From Phoronis australis (taxonomy: Eukaryota; Animalia; Phoronida): a stretch of 64,000 nucleotides of DNA. Below the pieces are notes generated by a model. That model was not told the origin of the DNA and searched no databases. It saw only the letters and a program-made list of their open reading frames with translations. The DNA lies in the NCBI GenBank assembly GCA_002633005.1, contig NMRA01000823.1, forward strand, positions 1 through 64,000. Direction: 5' to 3'. The translations under genes were made by a program, and so were the position numbers. Every line of letters begins with the position of its first letter. Within the stretch, counting starts at the first letter, position 1. Below are positions 1 to 13,945 of this stretch, piece by piece.

Positions 1-1222
1 ATAGCCAGCATACCCTCTGACACAGCGCCACCTATACTGCAAAGTGGCCCTGTGGAAACATGATGATCTCCGGCACCAACTGGAACAGACATATCCTTTC
101 ATAAAAGTGAGCACTCTTTTGCCTAGCTAGTGAACGTGCAGTAATACAACATGTGTATTGTAATCCTTAGCCTCTTACTCAGTCCTAGTGACCAAGATTC
201 TTAGTCTTAGAGATTTAGGCCTACTGAAATGTCACCCAGCAGAGTCAGGCTGAGAACTAGTTGTCTGGTAATTCAGAAGCGTTTTTCAAAAATTTCAGGT
301 CATTTGCATGTAGTTTTGTGATGGCGTTGCGCTACCCGATGGACGACACAAGCTCGAATGAAAGATGGAGTGAACAATACTGGTAACTATATGAAAATGT
401 TGAATTGGCATGTGTAAGTTAGTCACAGGTGCACAATTAATTGGTGACATAATTATGTAACTGTGCAATTTTAGGGCAATTCCTAATTTAAAAAAATAAT
501 TAAGTTTCATTGTCATTCTAGTGATCATTTTTAAATATTACACATTTCATCTTTAGGATGGCCATATTTACTCACTAGTTATGATATTGTTTCATATCTT
601 TCAAGATATTCAATTTGTTTAAAAGTTAACACAAAGAAGAGCGTAAATTCCCAGTATAGACGTCTCTGTGATGATGATCTTGTGCAAAAGGCCAAATCGA
701 TGTATTTTGATTAAAAAACAATAGATGCTGTATTGCTCTAATTTAATTTTGAGTCAATTGCAAAGTATCAATTACAGCTTAATTATTCTGAATTGATATC
801 TTCGCCATAGAAACAGTTTAATCTTAGAAATTCAGAGCGTATGTCCATGACTCACTCAACATCTAATTGGCTAATAAAAATATATTAGAAGTTATCATCA
901 AAGTACAATTCACCCATAATTAATGTTGATGTATGCATTGATAGTTTAAGTGAGGCCTAACAATTGATGTCTTACGAATTATTTTCCTAGGAAGAAAACA
1001 TTTTTCACAAAGTTGATCAAAATATTCTCTGATTATAAACCCACTGTACTCCATCAAAATGGAATTGACTGAGTCACAGCTACTAGTATTTGACTTGCAT
1101 TCAATTTGTTCCTTTGTATGCAACGCTTTCTTTACTCCATGTTACTTCTTGCAGTCTTCTTGTCTCAATGTACCCACTTGTAGCTCAGTGGAAACGGATT
1201 CTGCATTCTGGAACATAACACA

Positions 1223-1335
1223 CATGGACGGCGCACCATAGGGGCCTGGGGGGTGCTATAGCCCCCCACTTTTTTCAGTGCCCATGGTCTATGGGCGGTG
1301 TACCACAGGGAGGATGGGGGGCTGCGCCGCCCATG
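1223..1335. mobile_element. GC-rich MITE, CATGGGCGGCG-terminus family, 5-bp TSD (hAT5-like)
   Basis: Termini catggacggcgca...tgcgccgcccatg. Flanks acaca/accca (4 of 5 match). Internally the reverse complement of the 25240-25385 copy. Confidence 0.8.
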
Positions 1336-4300
1336 ACCCATATGACAGTTTGTCTTTGATTCTGCAAACATTGACTATCATGATCTTAACTGGTTGTCTT
1401 TTATATTTTGAAAATTTAAGGTTTTGTTTTGTGATATTATTTTAAGGATGAGTCCTCATGCAGCGAACAAGCTTACTTAATAATAACATTATTTTGTTTT
1501 CTCATCAGATCACTGTCAAGCCTCAGCAGAGTTTATTCATGAAGACCATGGGTATTTTCATTGTGGTTGCCTTACTCGAATGGAAGTAAGCAGTAAGAAG
1601 TTCGTCCTCATATGCCACCACTCCGTTAATGTAGGAGGATACCCGGCCGTACCAGGCCTCTTCCCTGTGAAAGTCACAAAGAAAGATCTCTGCACACACA
1701 TAGAGAAAGTTAACAAGTACACTGTATGCAGTTCAAGGGGCTTTGCAACCCATGTTTGGTGTTACACATGAATTTTTTGTTCATCGACTGTTTGCTATGA
1801 AATTAGTCTTTCACTCACTTTACTAAAGCTTTAGAAAGGACATCACAGTAAACGAGAGTGGTCTTCGAAATTGTAGAAAGACTTGTTGCAGATACGAATG
1901 TTAAATCTAGCAAACATGTATATTCGCTGGCTGTAACAAGTGACATGCTTGAAAAAACTGGAAAAGTAAAATTGGGACCACCCCCACCAACGCCTAGTTA
2001 GTTTTTTGGTCATTTGTAAGAGTCCAAATTACAAAATGCGAGTGCAAATTTTCAAATATAAGTCAGATTTTAAAGGGAACTGTTTCTCCTCTATGGTGCG
2101 CTGGGTTGTCATTTCATCTGAAAAGCAACATGTAGGGTTTCTAGTAATATCAAGTTTCAGATCTCCCAAGTTTAGTAGTTTTAACTACTCAGAATTAAAA
2201 TTCTGACATTGTGAAGAAGAGGCAGTAAGTGGTTTAATATTCAGTTTGTAACTTTGAACCTAATGGGGTTTTATGCAATGCCTAAAATTGGCGGTGAAAT
2301 CTATATATTGTATACGAGAACAGCAGTGTGTTGTGACCAAGCTGTTTAACGGAAAATGTTGAATGCTATAGGCATTAAATTGAGGCTCTTACAAAACATT
2401 TACCAGTTCAGTAATGTCATTACTACTGTGTAAAGTACATGTACATGTAAGTAAGTACCTGAAAACACATTTACACAGTTTTAATTGCTGGAGTTTCTAT
2501 TTCAGATGCATCAACCACAAAACATCTTGGATTCCATTCTTCATTGTGCTGTCTCAGGACTGATAGAGCCTTCTGCAAGGATGCCATGTTTTCATTTTCG
2601 AGTACGAGCCACCACTTTATATCCAGAATTTGTCGTGACACATACTAAAAACAGAGGATGGGCACACATGTACAAAGTAGTCTGGTGTCTATAATAGAAC
2701 TATTGAAATGTAGTAGGGTGTATAATTCGTAAGTCTTGTTTATTGATGGCGTTTGCCATATGGTGTGCTTAAAGGTTATGTAGTACTTTATTGACAAGTC
2801 TGCACATTAAGTCAAATATTTACAAAACTGTAGAATTTTACTTTGTGTTTTATAACATGATGTTCAAGGTAAATCTCAAAAATGCTGTTACAGTTTGCTA
2901 AATTACCGTCTCATTTTTGTTTTAAGCAATGTAAACAATTCATGAAATTTATGCAATATCTGCTTTCTGGTAGGCCCTCACGCAAATGTGGAACATTTTA
3001 AAAAAACATAACTAGCGGCATGTTGGGGATTAGTTTATAAAGTATATTCTGTGAAAGTTTCACGTGAATCCAGTCTTGTAAGATGTCCCAAGGATGGACA
3101 AAATTGGACATTTTGATAGGGTCCTACATAACCAAAATGCTTTATGATTATTACGTATTGAGCATCATTAACATTACCTCTGACAATTATGTCTTGCAGT
3201 GCTTGATTTAGTGAACTACAGATTGTGTTTGGTCACCTGGGAAGAATCCCAAGTCGCCATGAAGTCACCACTGCGAGTATCAAAGTCAGCCAATTCCCTC
3301 AAAATTTGTTTCAAAGTTTGTGTTGACTCCTAAATTTTAAGTTACTAACAGTTTTCTTAGATTTGATACCTTTGTTTACAATTGTTTTGTTTATTTCATG
3401 AAATTGGTGCATTTGCCACCACCGACAGCAGTTAGCACTTGTCAAACTTGCATTAAAATTACATCAGGAAGTACACAGGTGGAAGCTGGCGATAATCATG
3501 CATGATGAGTGAAACTAGCGCCTACAGTGTATATGATCACCTACATTCTGGGTATGCGACGTAATTTCCCAAGAACAGAGTATAGCATAACCTTCTTAGC
3601 CAACTATTCTGATGACAAACATCAGTTTTGGATGACGTCAGATTTCCTTTGGCGACCTGGGATTTTCAGCAAGTAGCCAAATGCGGATTGGCTTCAAGCT
3701 AAGTGATGAGCATCGTCTTACAATGCCGGCAATATCCCAAGATTGGTTAAGTGTGATCATTTTTGCAAGCCGAATAAATTGATGGTTCTTTAGTGAGAAT
3801 ATTTTGAAAGTGATGAGCAGTAGGTGACGCTCCTGCAATTGAAATCATTATTACCTTGTCCATGACATGAGCTGATCGTTATTCTGATATTGGCAGATCA
3901 ACAAATATATATTTTTCAACCCATATTGCTCCTAGTTAGGAAACACCAAGTCGTTGTGAAGTGTCTCTGACATCTTTTCTCTGTGACATAATATGCATTG
4001 TGGTCGAAACGGTAGTTGGATAAAAAATGACTATGGAAAATGTTGCTAGTGAATCTGTTATACCATTAGCATAGCTAGGTGTGAAACTTCAGACTGAAGC
4101 AAACCACATTTGTACTGGCTGAAGTAATCGCTTAAAAGCACACAATGCATATTCTTAAAAACATTCATTTTGGTTTGTGTTTTTAGAGTATGTCTCAGTA
4201 CTGAGTGCTATGAACTTTCACAATTTTGACACGTGATTAAACTGCCCTGTGGCTGAATGAAATTCAGTCTTTGGTCATTGAGGCTAACTTCATTTAATGT

Positions 4301-6819
4301 ACTTAGAAATGTGTTTTGATTTGACTTGACATTACCTAATTAACAATACATAGGACTTTAATTATACTTAGTTGCTCTGCTCATCTTGTACCCTGGAAAA
4401 GCAACAACTTCTTGCATGCATATTGATTATTCACATCTTCATTTTTTTCCATCCAGTGACTTGCTTGGTCTGTACATTTTGTCTGTATGCGTGTTCAGTC
4501 TGTAATACCTGTAGAATGAGCTCTAGATTTAGTGATGGGGAAACAAGTAAGAATATCAAACAAATCATGATGCTGTTTTATATTTGACTCTAGCTTTAAC
4601 AACATGATTGTTCTTCAGCGTCATCACCTTATTCACTTAAAATGTATGGCAAAGTGTCACAAAGACTTGTATGATCTTGATTTGTTGTGTATACTGAACG
4701 TTACTCAGATGTCTTAGGATTCAATACCTTTTTTGCTTTTGCCTGTTTGAGACTTGATGATACTCCGTTACTTTTGAACCCATTAAGCTTATCTTAGAAC
4801 TGTTTTCCGTTGCCCATCATCTTCAGTTCTGACTGTAAAATTACTGTGGTTGTCTGAAAAAGAGGAATATACATATTAATAACAGTTTATTTTTTTGACC
4901 GAAATGGTAAATTTGTTGTTTTGCGTTGTATTAGGTTATGATTAACTGTCAGGCAAAGTAGAAAAATGTATCCTACATCATACAAAATTGATCCATGTGT
5001 GTAACCTGTTTTGGGTTCTGGCAGCCAGGGTAGTTTAACTTGGAAACAGGCATATCTTTAATTAATAGTCTTGGACCGGAGCACTTATGCAAACCTGTAT
5101 GGCTGCCATCATGGGGCCACTAGCAACACAAATCAGCACAAAACTATCGGTATTTATCAGCCCAAGAAACCCCAATATAACAAAATAGTGTACACAGTGT
5201 TGGTACCAACAAAACAAAGTAAAAGTACACCAAAATTAATAGAACACGCAGTTGGACATTATAATCTGTATCTGATCTGGAGAGAAAGTGAAAACTGACT
5301 TTGAGTACTGAGCTAAGTGGATAGTGTTATTAACTACAAATATCTAGTTGTGACGAAATCTTTAATATGAGAGTTTTAACACTACCAAATAATAATTGCG
5401 TGTATTCCAAGTCACCTTCACCGGGTTCATATAGGCCAAATTTCCAATTGCTCTTTGACATCCGTGTAGTTGACTGCCCATCTCCACTTCAAAATCTTTT
5501 ACTGGGTTTGATGCTGCCTCGTAATTTTCTACAAAGTCATGGATATTACACTCAGTGTTTTTTGAAATACTTCATCCATTCTTTTTTGTGGAGACACTCC
5601 GACAAATGCTCATATTAGTTTGCTTGCCTGTGCGGTATGTGGGGAGAGAGGGCCCCACTTTTCCAGACACTCAAAAAATCTGACAATGTTTATAAAAAAT
5701 ATTCAGATCTTCTTCAATTTTTTTTAAGTGGATGTAAATTGAGCTCGACCTAAATGAAAATAAGGTTTTATTCGAAATAGTTTCACAATTCCTTTTTAAT
5801 ATTAAATCTCTGTGTGAGTCCGTGTGTGTGAGTTAACTCTTTGTGTGAGTAGATAAATTGTATAAATGTGAAATTATTTACTTCGAATGAAAATGATTTA
5901 TTTAAATTCATTACCATTTCATTGTAATCCTAACATTTTATTCATTATGTGTGTATCATTTTTTTATTTCTTTATATATGCCTGTTGGCACTTTCTGTGA
6001 CAATTTCATAATAAGCATTAAAAAGTTCTTTTACTGCAGTTTCATCTCCACAATCCATTGCACAAATAAGTCTTAACGTCCAGCTGATCAAATTTTGGTA
6101 GCCGCGCGCTTTTGTCTTTCGTATCTTCTTTGTAGAAGAGTGTCTGGGAATCCTAGTCTCCTGCACAGACCCTCGAGGTTGGTTGGTGTCTGCTGCAGCG
6201 CACTTTTCCATATGCATTCTTGGAATATCATTGGCTGTTCCGATTTCAAGAAACAAGGCATTCTATTGGTCAGTTGAATAATAGGTCAAACTAGTTCACC
6301 AACATGGCGACTTCCAGTACATGAAGGGAGTGTCGATGGATTTACAGCTGTTTAAATCTCTCTGTTCTCGTCAAACTCCCGCATTTCAAAGCTAACGAGT
6401 CAATGAATACAACACCAGTAACGTATACGAAACATTTAATGATAATTATTATCTAGTATACTGAAGTGATTTGATTTTTTACGAAATAATTTGTGGAAGA
6501 GATAGTCATTAGCTGATTAGCAGGCCATCCACAACGACAGTCATTTTAGGGCCAGGCACATTATAGCACCGAATAGCGGGAAAGGAGTAGCTGAGTGCGT
6601 CGTGACCACGGGAGATTGCCTCGATCTTTTCAGAGCACACCCTCTCGTATGTTAACACGTTCATGTACGTTATGTAAGCTCCCGTGATTACCGTGAAGGT
6701 TGAATTGGGTCAGATAAGGATATATGCTGATATACTGCTATTCATGACATTGTCATTGTAATGTATAATACACTAGCACAATTGTCTCTACCCACAGAAG
6801 TTAGGAGCATAAAAATACA

Positions 6820-8130
6820 GTCAATGGTCCTAAACACCGGTAGCAATAGTTTTATAATGACTGACATCGCTTTTGGCGGTGCCATTCAGCAGTGCCTCTG
6901 ACTGCCATCCTACAGTCGTACAGAGTATTCACTTATTTCGGAGCGTGTTTGTTGCTGTGAAATTAAGATTATACACACTCTTTTGTATGGTCAGCAAGAT
7001 AAAACCTCACCCTTTTTTGAGTTGGCACAGTCATTAAAACTGACCCATTTTGGTGAGAACCTCAATAGAAGAGTCAAGTTTTCTGATAACATAATTATAC
7101 AAAGTAATTATTTACAGGGAATTGAATTTCTGCGAAAAGCTCTCTGGACTGTATTCTTTTTAAAACAACAAACCTCAGTTGCATCTGAAACCTTCCGTGA
7201 TTTTGATGCTACAATGGATTATTTTATACAGTTCCAACCAAAAAGTAAATGCTTTTGTGTGGAATTTATTTGGAAATTCACCCTTTCATGGTGACTTTTG
7301 CAATGCCCGAGTTACTGGTCAGAGTATCACATTTGGTCATATGAAATCTATGCAAGTCTCCTCTCTCCTGGACCCCGACTTGTCGACTGTTTCATTTTTT
7401 CATTCAACGTTCACATGATGTCAAGTGTTGTAGAGTTTGCAACAATCATCTATTAATTTCAGTCTAATTGCAAAACAAGATCTCAGAACCATTCTTAAAC
7501 ATTCTGAAACTACTAAGGTTCGCTGTAATCAAAGCATCCTGGAGTTAGACATTGTATGCAAGCGAACTTTAAAAACCTGGTTCGTTAAAATGACTACTAG
7601 TTGCAAAAACATCTCACATTTCAAAATTGGGAGCTCAGGGTACTTCAAAGATTTTAAGCTGGGTCATTAAACCTAAATTGACGGTTTCTTGTGCGTTACT
7701 TGGGTTGGATTGTTATCCAGGCAATAGGCACTCAGTGGCAATCCAAATTTTGAGAACAAGTTTTAACGCCTGCTATTCAGTGAAAAAGAGGTTCCTGTTG
7801 TACAGTAGAAAACACTGGTTCTCAAAGTGGGAGTGCCCTGTATGTTAATATTACCATTATGTTTTGAGCAACATGCTAGTGTTTCATTCTTGTGGTTATG
7901 ATCTACATAATACAGCAGTGATTTTAGTCAACATTTTGGTCTTTTCGAACAGTTTTTCAAAATTACAAATTTGACTCTTACTGAGGGGGGCTCCTCGTGG
8001 CAAGAGTTGGGCAGTGTGAAATGCTTCAGAACATTTGCACTGGCAAACATCCTCACGTTGACTCAAAAATAAAAGCGTGATATCATTACTGTGTTCCTAG
8101 AAATATTACACTCATAGGCTTATTGATGGC
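6820..8130 (+). pseudogene. Heavily decayed PIF1-like (SF1B) helicase remnant, probably transposon-derived
   Basis: Motif remnants in the expected order across frameshifts: QSIHLF (~6922), Walker-B-like LWTVFFLKQQTSVASETFRDFD (~7142), GDF (~7290), LDCYPG (~7705), KTLVLKVGVPCMLI (7809-7850, compare LxLKVGxxVML), RTFALANILTLTQK (~8030). Confidence 0.5.
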
Positions 8131-9770
8131 AATTAATGATCCCAGCATTGGAGCTTAAAGTTCGAGTCTGAGTTCGAGGTTTTACTAGACATTTTAAGTT
8201 TTTACTCAAATTTTAGTTCGAATCTAGTGGTCATTAAGTACTATCTTGATATCGCAAGAAAGTGGACTGGAAGTGACAAAAACAATTTCGAGTTCGATTT
8301 GGATTGAAACCTTCACTCTAGAGATGTATTCCCAAAATGTGATCACATAATCCCTTTTCAGGGTTTTAAATCAATCCACATAAGACTGGTCTAGAATCTG
8401 TTTAGCCCAAAAAGCGTTTAAAAACAATGTGGAGAATAAGAAAATATCTGTCCTAAACTGTGTTGAAAAAATGAACCCTTTTTAAGTTCCTTATCCACAA
8501 AGTGTACCATTTTTCAAACTGCTTTTAACCCAACCTCTTTAGACCGTCGTGTAACAATATCAGATTGGTCTCGTACTAACAATGTTGTTTTTGGCCAAAA
8601 TAGTAGCAAAAAATCTAATCACAATTGCTTCCATGAGGATTGGCATGTCCAGCACTTGGACTTGGATACTAGTGTCCGATGTCAATCTTCATGTGTGTAC
8701 TCGGGATTAGACTCTTGATCTCGTACTGTTCCTTACTGAGATTACATGTGGTATATTGGCTTCCGTTGAACTGACAGTTTGTTATTGCTTAAGACCTGAT
8801 GCAATAAACATTGGCTTTGAGCAGAAACAAAGTTTGGGTTCTTCTAAGTCCACTAAGGAACAAGTTGATATATATACAGGGCTTGGAATTTTCCTCTTTT
8901 AAGAGGATTTCCTATATTTTGTTTTTATTTCTTCTTATTTGATTTCCAGCTTCTTTTTATCATTATTTGACTTGATTCATGCAAAAACATTTATTTCAGC
9001 TAAACTTTATAACATAAAAATATTTCTATCACACCAGCCTATTTGTGAAATGATAGATCATCTGGAAAGTTTTCTGCTTTTAATCATTCCAATTCCTGTA
9101 TATAGTGGTAAGTCGTTCAGATCAAAATTCATTCTTTTTCACATACAACGCATTCATAGCACCTTTAAGGAGTTTAATTCGAAGGAAATCTAAGAGCCAG
9201 AAGACACCATATGATAAGCGCATTCTGAAATCAACAATTGTGCTTGTACTTTCCAAGATGTTCAAACTAAGTTGTTAGGTATAGGGATAGAGTTCATTCC
9301 AACATCCGTGGGCTTTCAGAGTACTTTCCTTAAACCATTCCACGGGGGTACTCCCACAGCTTTATATAGGACATGACACTCAACTGGGTGATTTCTCTCA
9401 AACAATTTCTCTTCAAAATGGTGCTTGAAAAAATCTCTAACAAAGCAAACTTTTTTCCCATGAATACAACTGGTTTCACTCTGGAAGTTAAAAACACTGG
9501 AAATAGTATCTTTTCCTACTGCAGAAGGGGTTTTAATATGATACCTGTATTTTTAAAACTTTGGGCACCAGACTTATTTTTGACAACAGGAATCACTGAG
9601 CCGACTTCTTCAAGCTTAATGAGTGAAAAAGAGCTGTCCAAGTATTACTACAAAAGGATTCAGTTATTAGCATTATCCCGTAAAAAAAGATTGTGCATCT
9701 GTAACATTGGGCTACTGTCTAAATGTGTGGAGATTCTTCTAGTACAGATTAAGCATAAAACTAAAGTTTA

Positions 9771-10055
9771 GGGCCCATTTGGGACACCTCTCGGGTATTT
9801 TCGTAGCCACAAATTTTCGCTCGGAACATCTAGAGCACATTGGCTATTTTCCTATTAACATTTTTTTTTGAAACACTTGGAGTATTTTCGTAGCCTCAAA
9901 AATCCTTTCGGAGATGAACTTTACAATATGGGAAGTCACGTGTTTTTCAGTCTTGAGAATAATATGCTAACTGAAGTTCGCACACATGCACAGAGCGTTC
10001 ACCTATTGCGTGAAGTTTGAGGTTACGAAAACACCCGAGGTGTTCTGGATATCCT
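9771..10055. mobile_element. Harbinger-like MITE with imperfect ~35-bp TIRs
   Basis: ggacacctctcgggtattttcgtagccacaaa is inverted as tttgaggttacgaaaacacccgaggtgttc. A third internal copy lies at ~9872. The left end is preceded by TTA and starts GGG. Confidence 0.55.
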
Positions 10056-10357
10056 TGGAAGCATTCGTTTCAGTGCATGTTCGAGTTTTGGTCATTATGA
10101 CCAATTATTCTCCACTAAGTTTGAAAGTCAACGCATATTAAATTCACCAAGGTGATCTGAAGTGCTTAGGACCCTCAAGTTTAAAGGATCCCCCTCAAAG
10201 AGGGGAAATGGGAAGAAAATATTATGGCAACAAGGGTGTAGCTCGAGAATTGTGTCTACCTGGAGGGTCGAAAATTGTGGTGTTCTAGGGAGTGAATACA
10301 GTGTAGGCCACGAAGTGGTGGAAATTGGACGCCAGCTGTGTCTATTGTAACACAGTA

Positions 10358-10499
10358 CAGTGACATATTTAGGGTGGGGGGCAATGGGTCCAAAACTAAA
10401 CTTCTCCCAGATTCCATTTGGAAGTTTGGGGGTGCGAATGTCTGAAGAGCAAAATACTCTGCCCTTGTCCCCCTCCCCCAACTCAAAATCCTGCTGCTG
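10358..10499. mobile_element. Degenerate MITE related to the 14629-14786 copy, inverted
   Basis: Shares the core ccaaatggaatctgggag, in reverse orientation, with ~14716-14733. CAG...CTG ends. TSD not preserved. Confidence 0.6.
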
Positions 10500-11538
10500 C
10501 AAATAGACGTAAACTTTCAATTCATAAAAAGCGTTCAAATAATGAAACTGAAAAATGCCAAGTGAAAAGAGTGAAGCCATTGTTAATTCAGGTTTATTTA
10601 CATAATAAGGAATCGATAATTACACGAATTTCAGCTCAGTTTGTTGATAATATAACAATATAAACAGCTACCTCATCAGAGAGTTCGCAAACCCAACCCA
10701 AAAATAACTTTTTACTCTCGCGACACCTAACGACCTGATAATGTATTACCGGATAAAAGCATGCGCACGTCAACTTCCTGGTTAACAATTGCCAGCTGAC
10801 AGCCAATGAAAACCATCGTTCTAGTGCCCTGTACCTGGGCCTTCACAAGCTATCGTCAGTTGTGACGTCAGCTTGTGAGGCCCGGTTGCTCATTGCGTAG
10901 ATGTCACGTGTGCTATTACATATTACCAGGAAGAGTTATCTCTTCCTATCATTTTCACGAAAGACGTCGGTCTAGTCGGTTAGCGACTAGTCTTTCACAT
11001 ATGACACATCACATTTACAAAATACCGCAAAAAATGGATGAGGAGGCTGGATCTCGCGAGATCATATCGGTTCGTATCCGCGCCAAATAAACCGCAGGAA
11101 AACATTTCGTCATTGTTGTAATTTGGATGAGTTTTGTAGCAGTTAGGACTAAGTTCTTAAAAATGGTAATTATAATCCTTGTAGATGAGAAAATCCGTAT
11201 TTGTCGACTCGTTTATGTATCAAAATAAAGACTTATCTCCCTTGTCATGCAAACTCGGGGAATTCCCTGTCAATGGAATCCCTAGTATAGAATCGAAACG
11301 AATGCGGACGATATTGGAGTACCTGTAGTATTAATTGAAGCAATTTTAAAACGAAAAACATCATTGAAACGGTTTAGTTATCACTAAGTGAATTGTGCGA
11401 TTAATATTAAACTAGCAGAAGAAGCACAGTTGACAGGTCAACTAATTGCGCTTTTGACGATCCCACACTGAACTGCAATTTGTTTGCTTATTAGCCCTGT
11501 AGTTCACCAAACTTTAGTAGGTCTTTGCTGTGCACTAA

Positions 11539-11828
11539 CAGTGGCGGATCTAGGATACCATAAAGGAGGGCCAACATGCTGCCTCGGAGAATTGGGCAAA
11601 GCGCGATTGTATGCACAGCCGCCCCGAAAGTTGCGGGAGCCGGCGAAGTGACTGACCTGGTGTTCCCCCCAAAAAAAACCTTAACCCGATTCCGCCGCGC
11701 TCCGGGGCTTCCTGTTCCGTGTTGGTGAACTCAATATTTCTTCACGCTTCACGCTGATGCTGTTTGATTTTGCTTGCATCAGTCAGGGGGGTCCCCTGCC
11801 CGCCCCCCCCCCCCTAACTCCACCTACG
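11539..11828. mobile_element. MITE, CAGTGGCGGATC family, 5-bp TSD ACTAA
   Basis: Starts cagtggcggatctag and ends ctccacctacg. actaa occurs at 11534-11538 and 11829-11833. Confidence 0.85.
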
Positions 11829-11931
11829 ACTAATAACAATACCAGAACAACAGCAATTTATTTGCGAGACATTAATGATGTAATTGATACTGATGATGAA
11901 GAAACTAGTGGTGACGTTTTTGGTACTGTTC

Positions 11932-12181
11932 CAGCGGCGGATCAGGGACCAGAAGGGGGGCCCCAACATATGTTGCCTCGGGGAATTGGGCAGAGCGCGG
12001 TTGTATGTGTACAGGCGTCCCGAAAGTTACGGGGGACCGGAGTATGAAGCTTCTCTCCAGGAAATCTATCGACTAAAAAATTTAAAAATAAAAAAAACGG
12101 TCCTAGTTATATTTCCTCACACGTCGCACTGTTGCTGTTTCATTTTGCTTGTGGCAGCCCCCTACCCCAAATTCGCCTATG
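11932..12181. mobile_element. MITE, CAGTGGCGGATC family, 5-bp TSD TGTTC
   Basis: Starts cagcggcggatc and ends aaattcgcctatg. tgttc occurs at 11927-11931 and 12182-12186. The first ~110 bp are similar to the 11539 copy. Confidence 0.85.
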
Positions 12182-13087
12182 TGTTCCAATTAGTGATATA
12201 ATTAAAGGAAATTATCAAGTAGTGTATGCTAACCCTGAGGCTCTGGCTTCAACAAGTGATGGTGTGAAGCGCTTGCAGAACAAGGAATTAGCTTACAACG
12301 TGGCAATTGTGGTAATCAACGAAGGACACATTGTGTTAGAATGCTGAGTTTAATGCAGACAAAAATATACTTTCAATAGCATCTATTCGTATCACATCAC
12401 TGAGGTTTCACAGCACCATTTTGTATGCCTTTTCTAATACCCAGAAATTCCAAATCTGAGCCTGGAAGTTTTACGGAAATCTGGGAAAGCTGCCAAAAAT
12501 AATCAAAAACATAAATGTATTCAATGCAGATACACTAAATAAAAATGCCTCCCAAGAGACGCGGCAACCTGGAATTAAGGAGGAACCCAGCAGCTGCCTT
12601 TTAGGTCACTCTGAGGTAAAAAAAATCGGGACAGAGTCGGAAATCTACATCTAAAAAATAAGATTTTCATGGGTGATTTTACTGTCAAAATGGCCCTTTA
12701 ATTTTTAATTTTTGATGGAATAACACTATCCGTGATAGTGTTATCAAAGCATCAAATGTGCAGAGAACATCATGTAGGCATCCATTCTTAACCTTAACTA
12801 TATATAGGAAATCCAAAATCTATAACATTTTAAATATTTATGTAAAAGTAATCCTGTATTATACATTGAGGTTAGATGCTAAAGACACAATTGTAACGTT
12901 TCATTATCTCTTTAAACCATTTATTTTTTCAAAAACATATGTAAACAATAACATTTTATCACATGTTACAAGTTCCCTTGGTATGTATCCGTCTAACCAA
13001 TAAAAATATTCTTTGATCAAAACCCCCTTAAGCATATTAAGCACTGAGATCATTCAGTGACTAACTCACTATGCAACTGATTTTAAC

Positions 13088-13088
<1 letters not shown>

Positions 13089-13147
<59 letters not shown>
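13089..13147. repeat. (AC)29 microsatellite
   Basis: Uninterrupted AC run. Confidence 0.98.
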
Positions 13148-13148
<1 letters not shown>

Positions 13149-13945
13149 TTATTGTGAAAAAAACTCATAGCTTAAATATCAGAAAGTTCCTCAAGATTTT
13201 TAAATCGAAAGCATTATGTCATGACTCTTTAACCACACGGGTACTGCCACTATTATCTGCTTCAGAGTCATTAACTGAAATGGACTATTGATATCTGTTG
13301 TCATTTATAATTTCTACCTTTCATCATTGACATTGTTAAAGCTGGTGTAAACTACCACACCATCACTAAAGATCAAAAACTAAACAATAAATTGTCATCA
13401 ATTTTACAAACTTTTTTCTTAAAGCAGATCCTCTTATAAACAAGAACAACCATCCATCAGTTTTACAGTTAACTACACACTGAATTTCAAAAATTGATAA
13501 CGCAAAAATTCTCTAGTTTGGGACAGTGAATAATTATTTTGATCAAAGTCGGAGCTTGTCCCAATTTTTAGAAATTCACACAACTGTCTGTCAGAAATGC
13601 AAGGGGAATGGCAACAATTTATTAAATGTTTGTCTTGAGAGTCACTTTTTATGAACTTACAGGAGTGTTCTTGCAACCTGATATGCTACAACATAGCGTT
13701 AGGAATTTGAAAAGCACGAAAATATATAAATCACTCACTCCTCAAACTTCAGGATGAAAAAAAATAAATTTCAGCCATGATATCTGTATTCTGAACTTCG
13801 GAGGCTGTCTCAATCTGGAAAATTTTTAATGTAATATATCACCGATCTAATTAATATCATCAACTATGTCACCTTTACTAAAAATAAATGTTAAAAACAT
13901 ATATAAGCTATTAATGTGAGCCATTCGAAAACTGTTCAAACATAC

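Larger units (their letters stand above)
11340..12347 (+). pseudogene. RecQ-like helicase remnant (Academ transposon type) interrupted by two MITEs
   Basis: TAICLLISP at ~11472. Removing MITE 11932-12181 plus one TSD restores the frame ...GDVFGTVPISDIIKGNYQVVYANPEALASTSDGVKRLQNKELAYNVAIVVINEGHIVLEC. This matches the RecQ-type YxxPE and VVDEAHC motifs. Confidence 0.7.

Noticed and set aside
9373-9771. 132-aa plus-strand ORF
   Set aside because: No domain features, and composition is typical of AT-rich non-coding repeat sequence.
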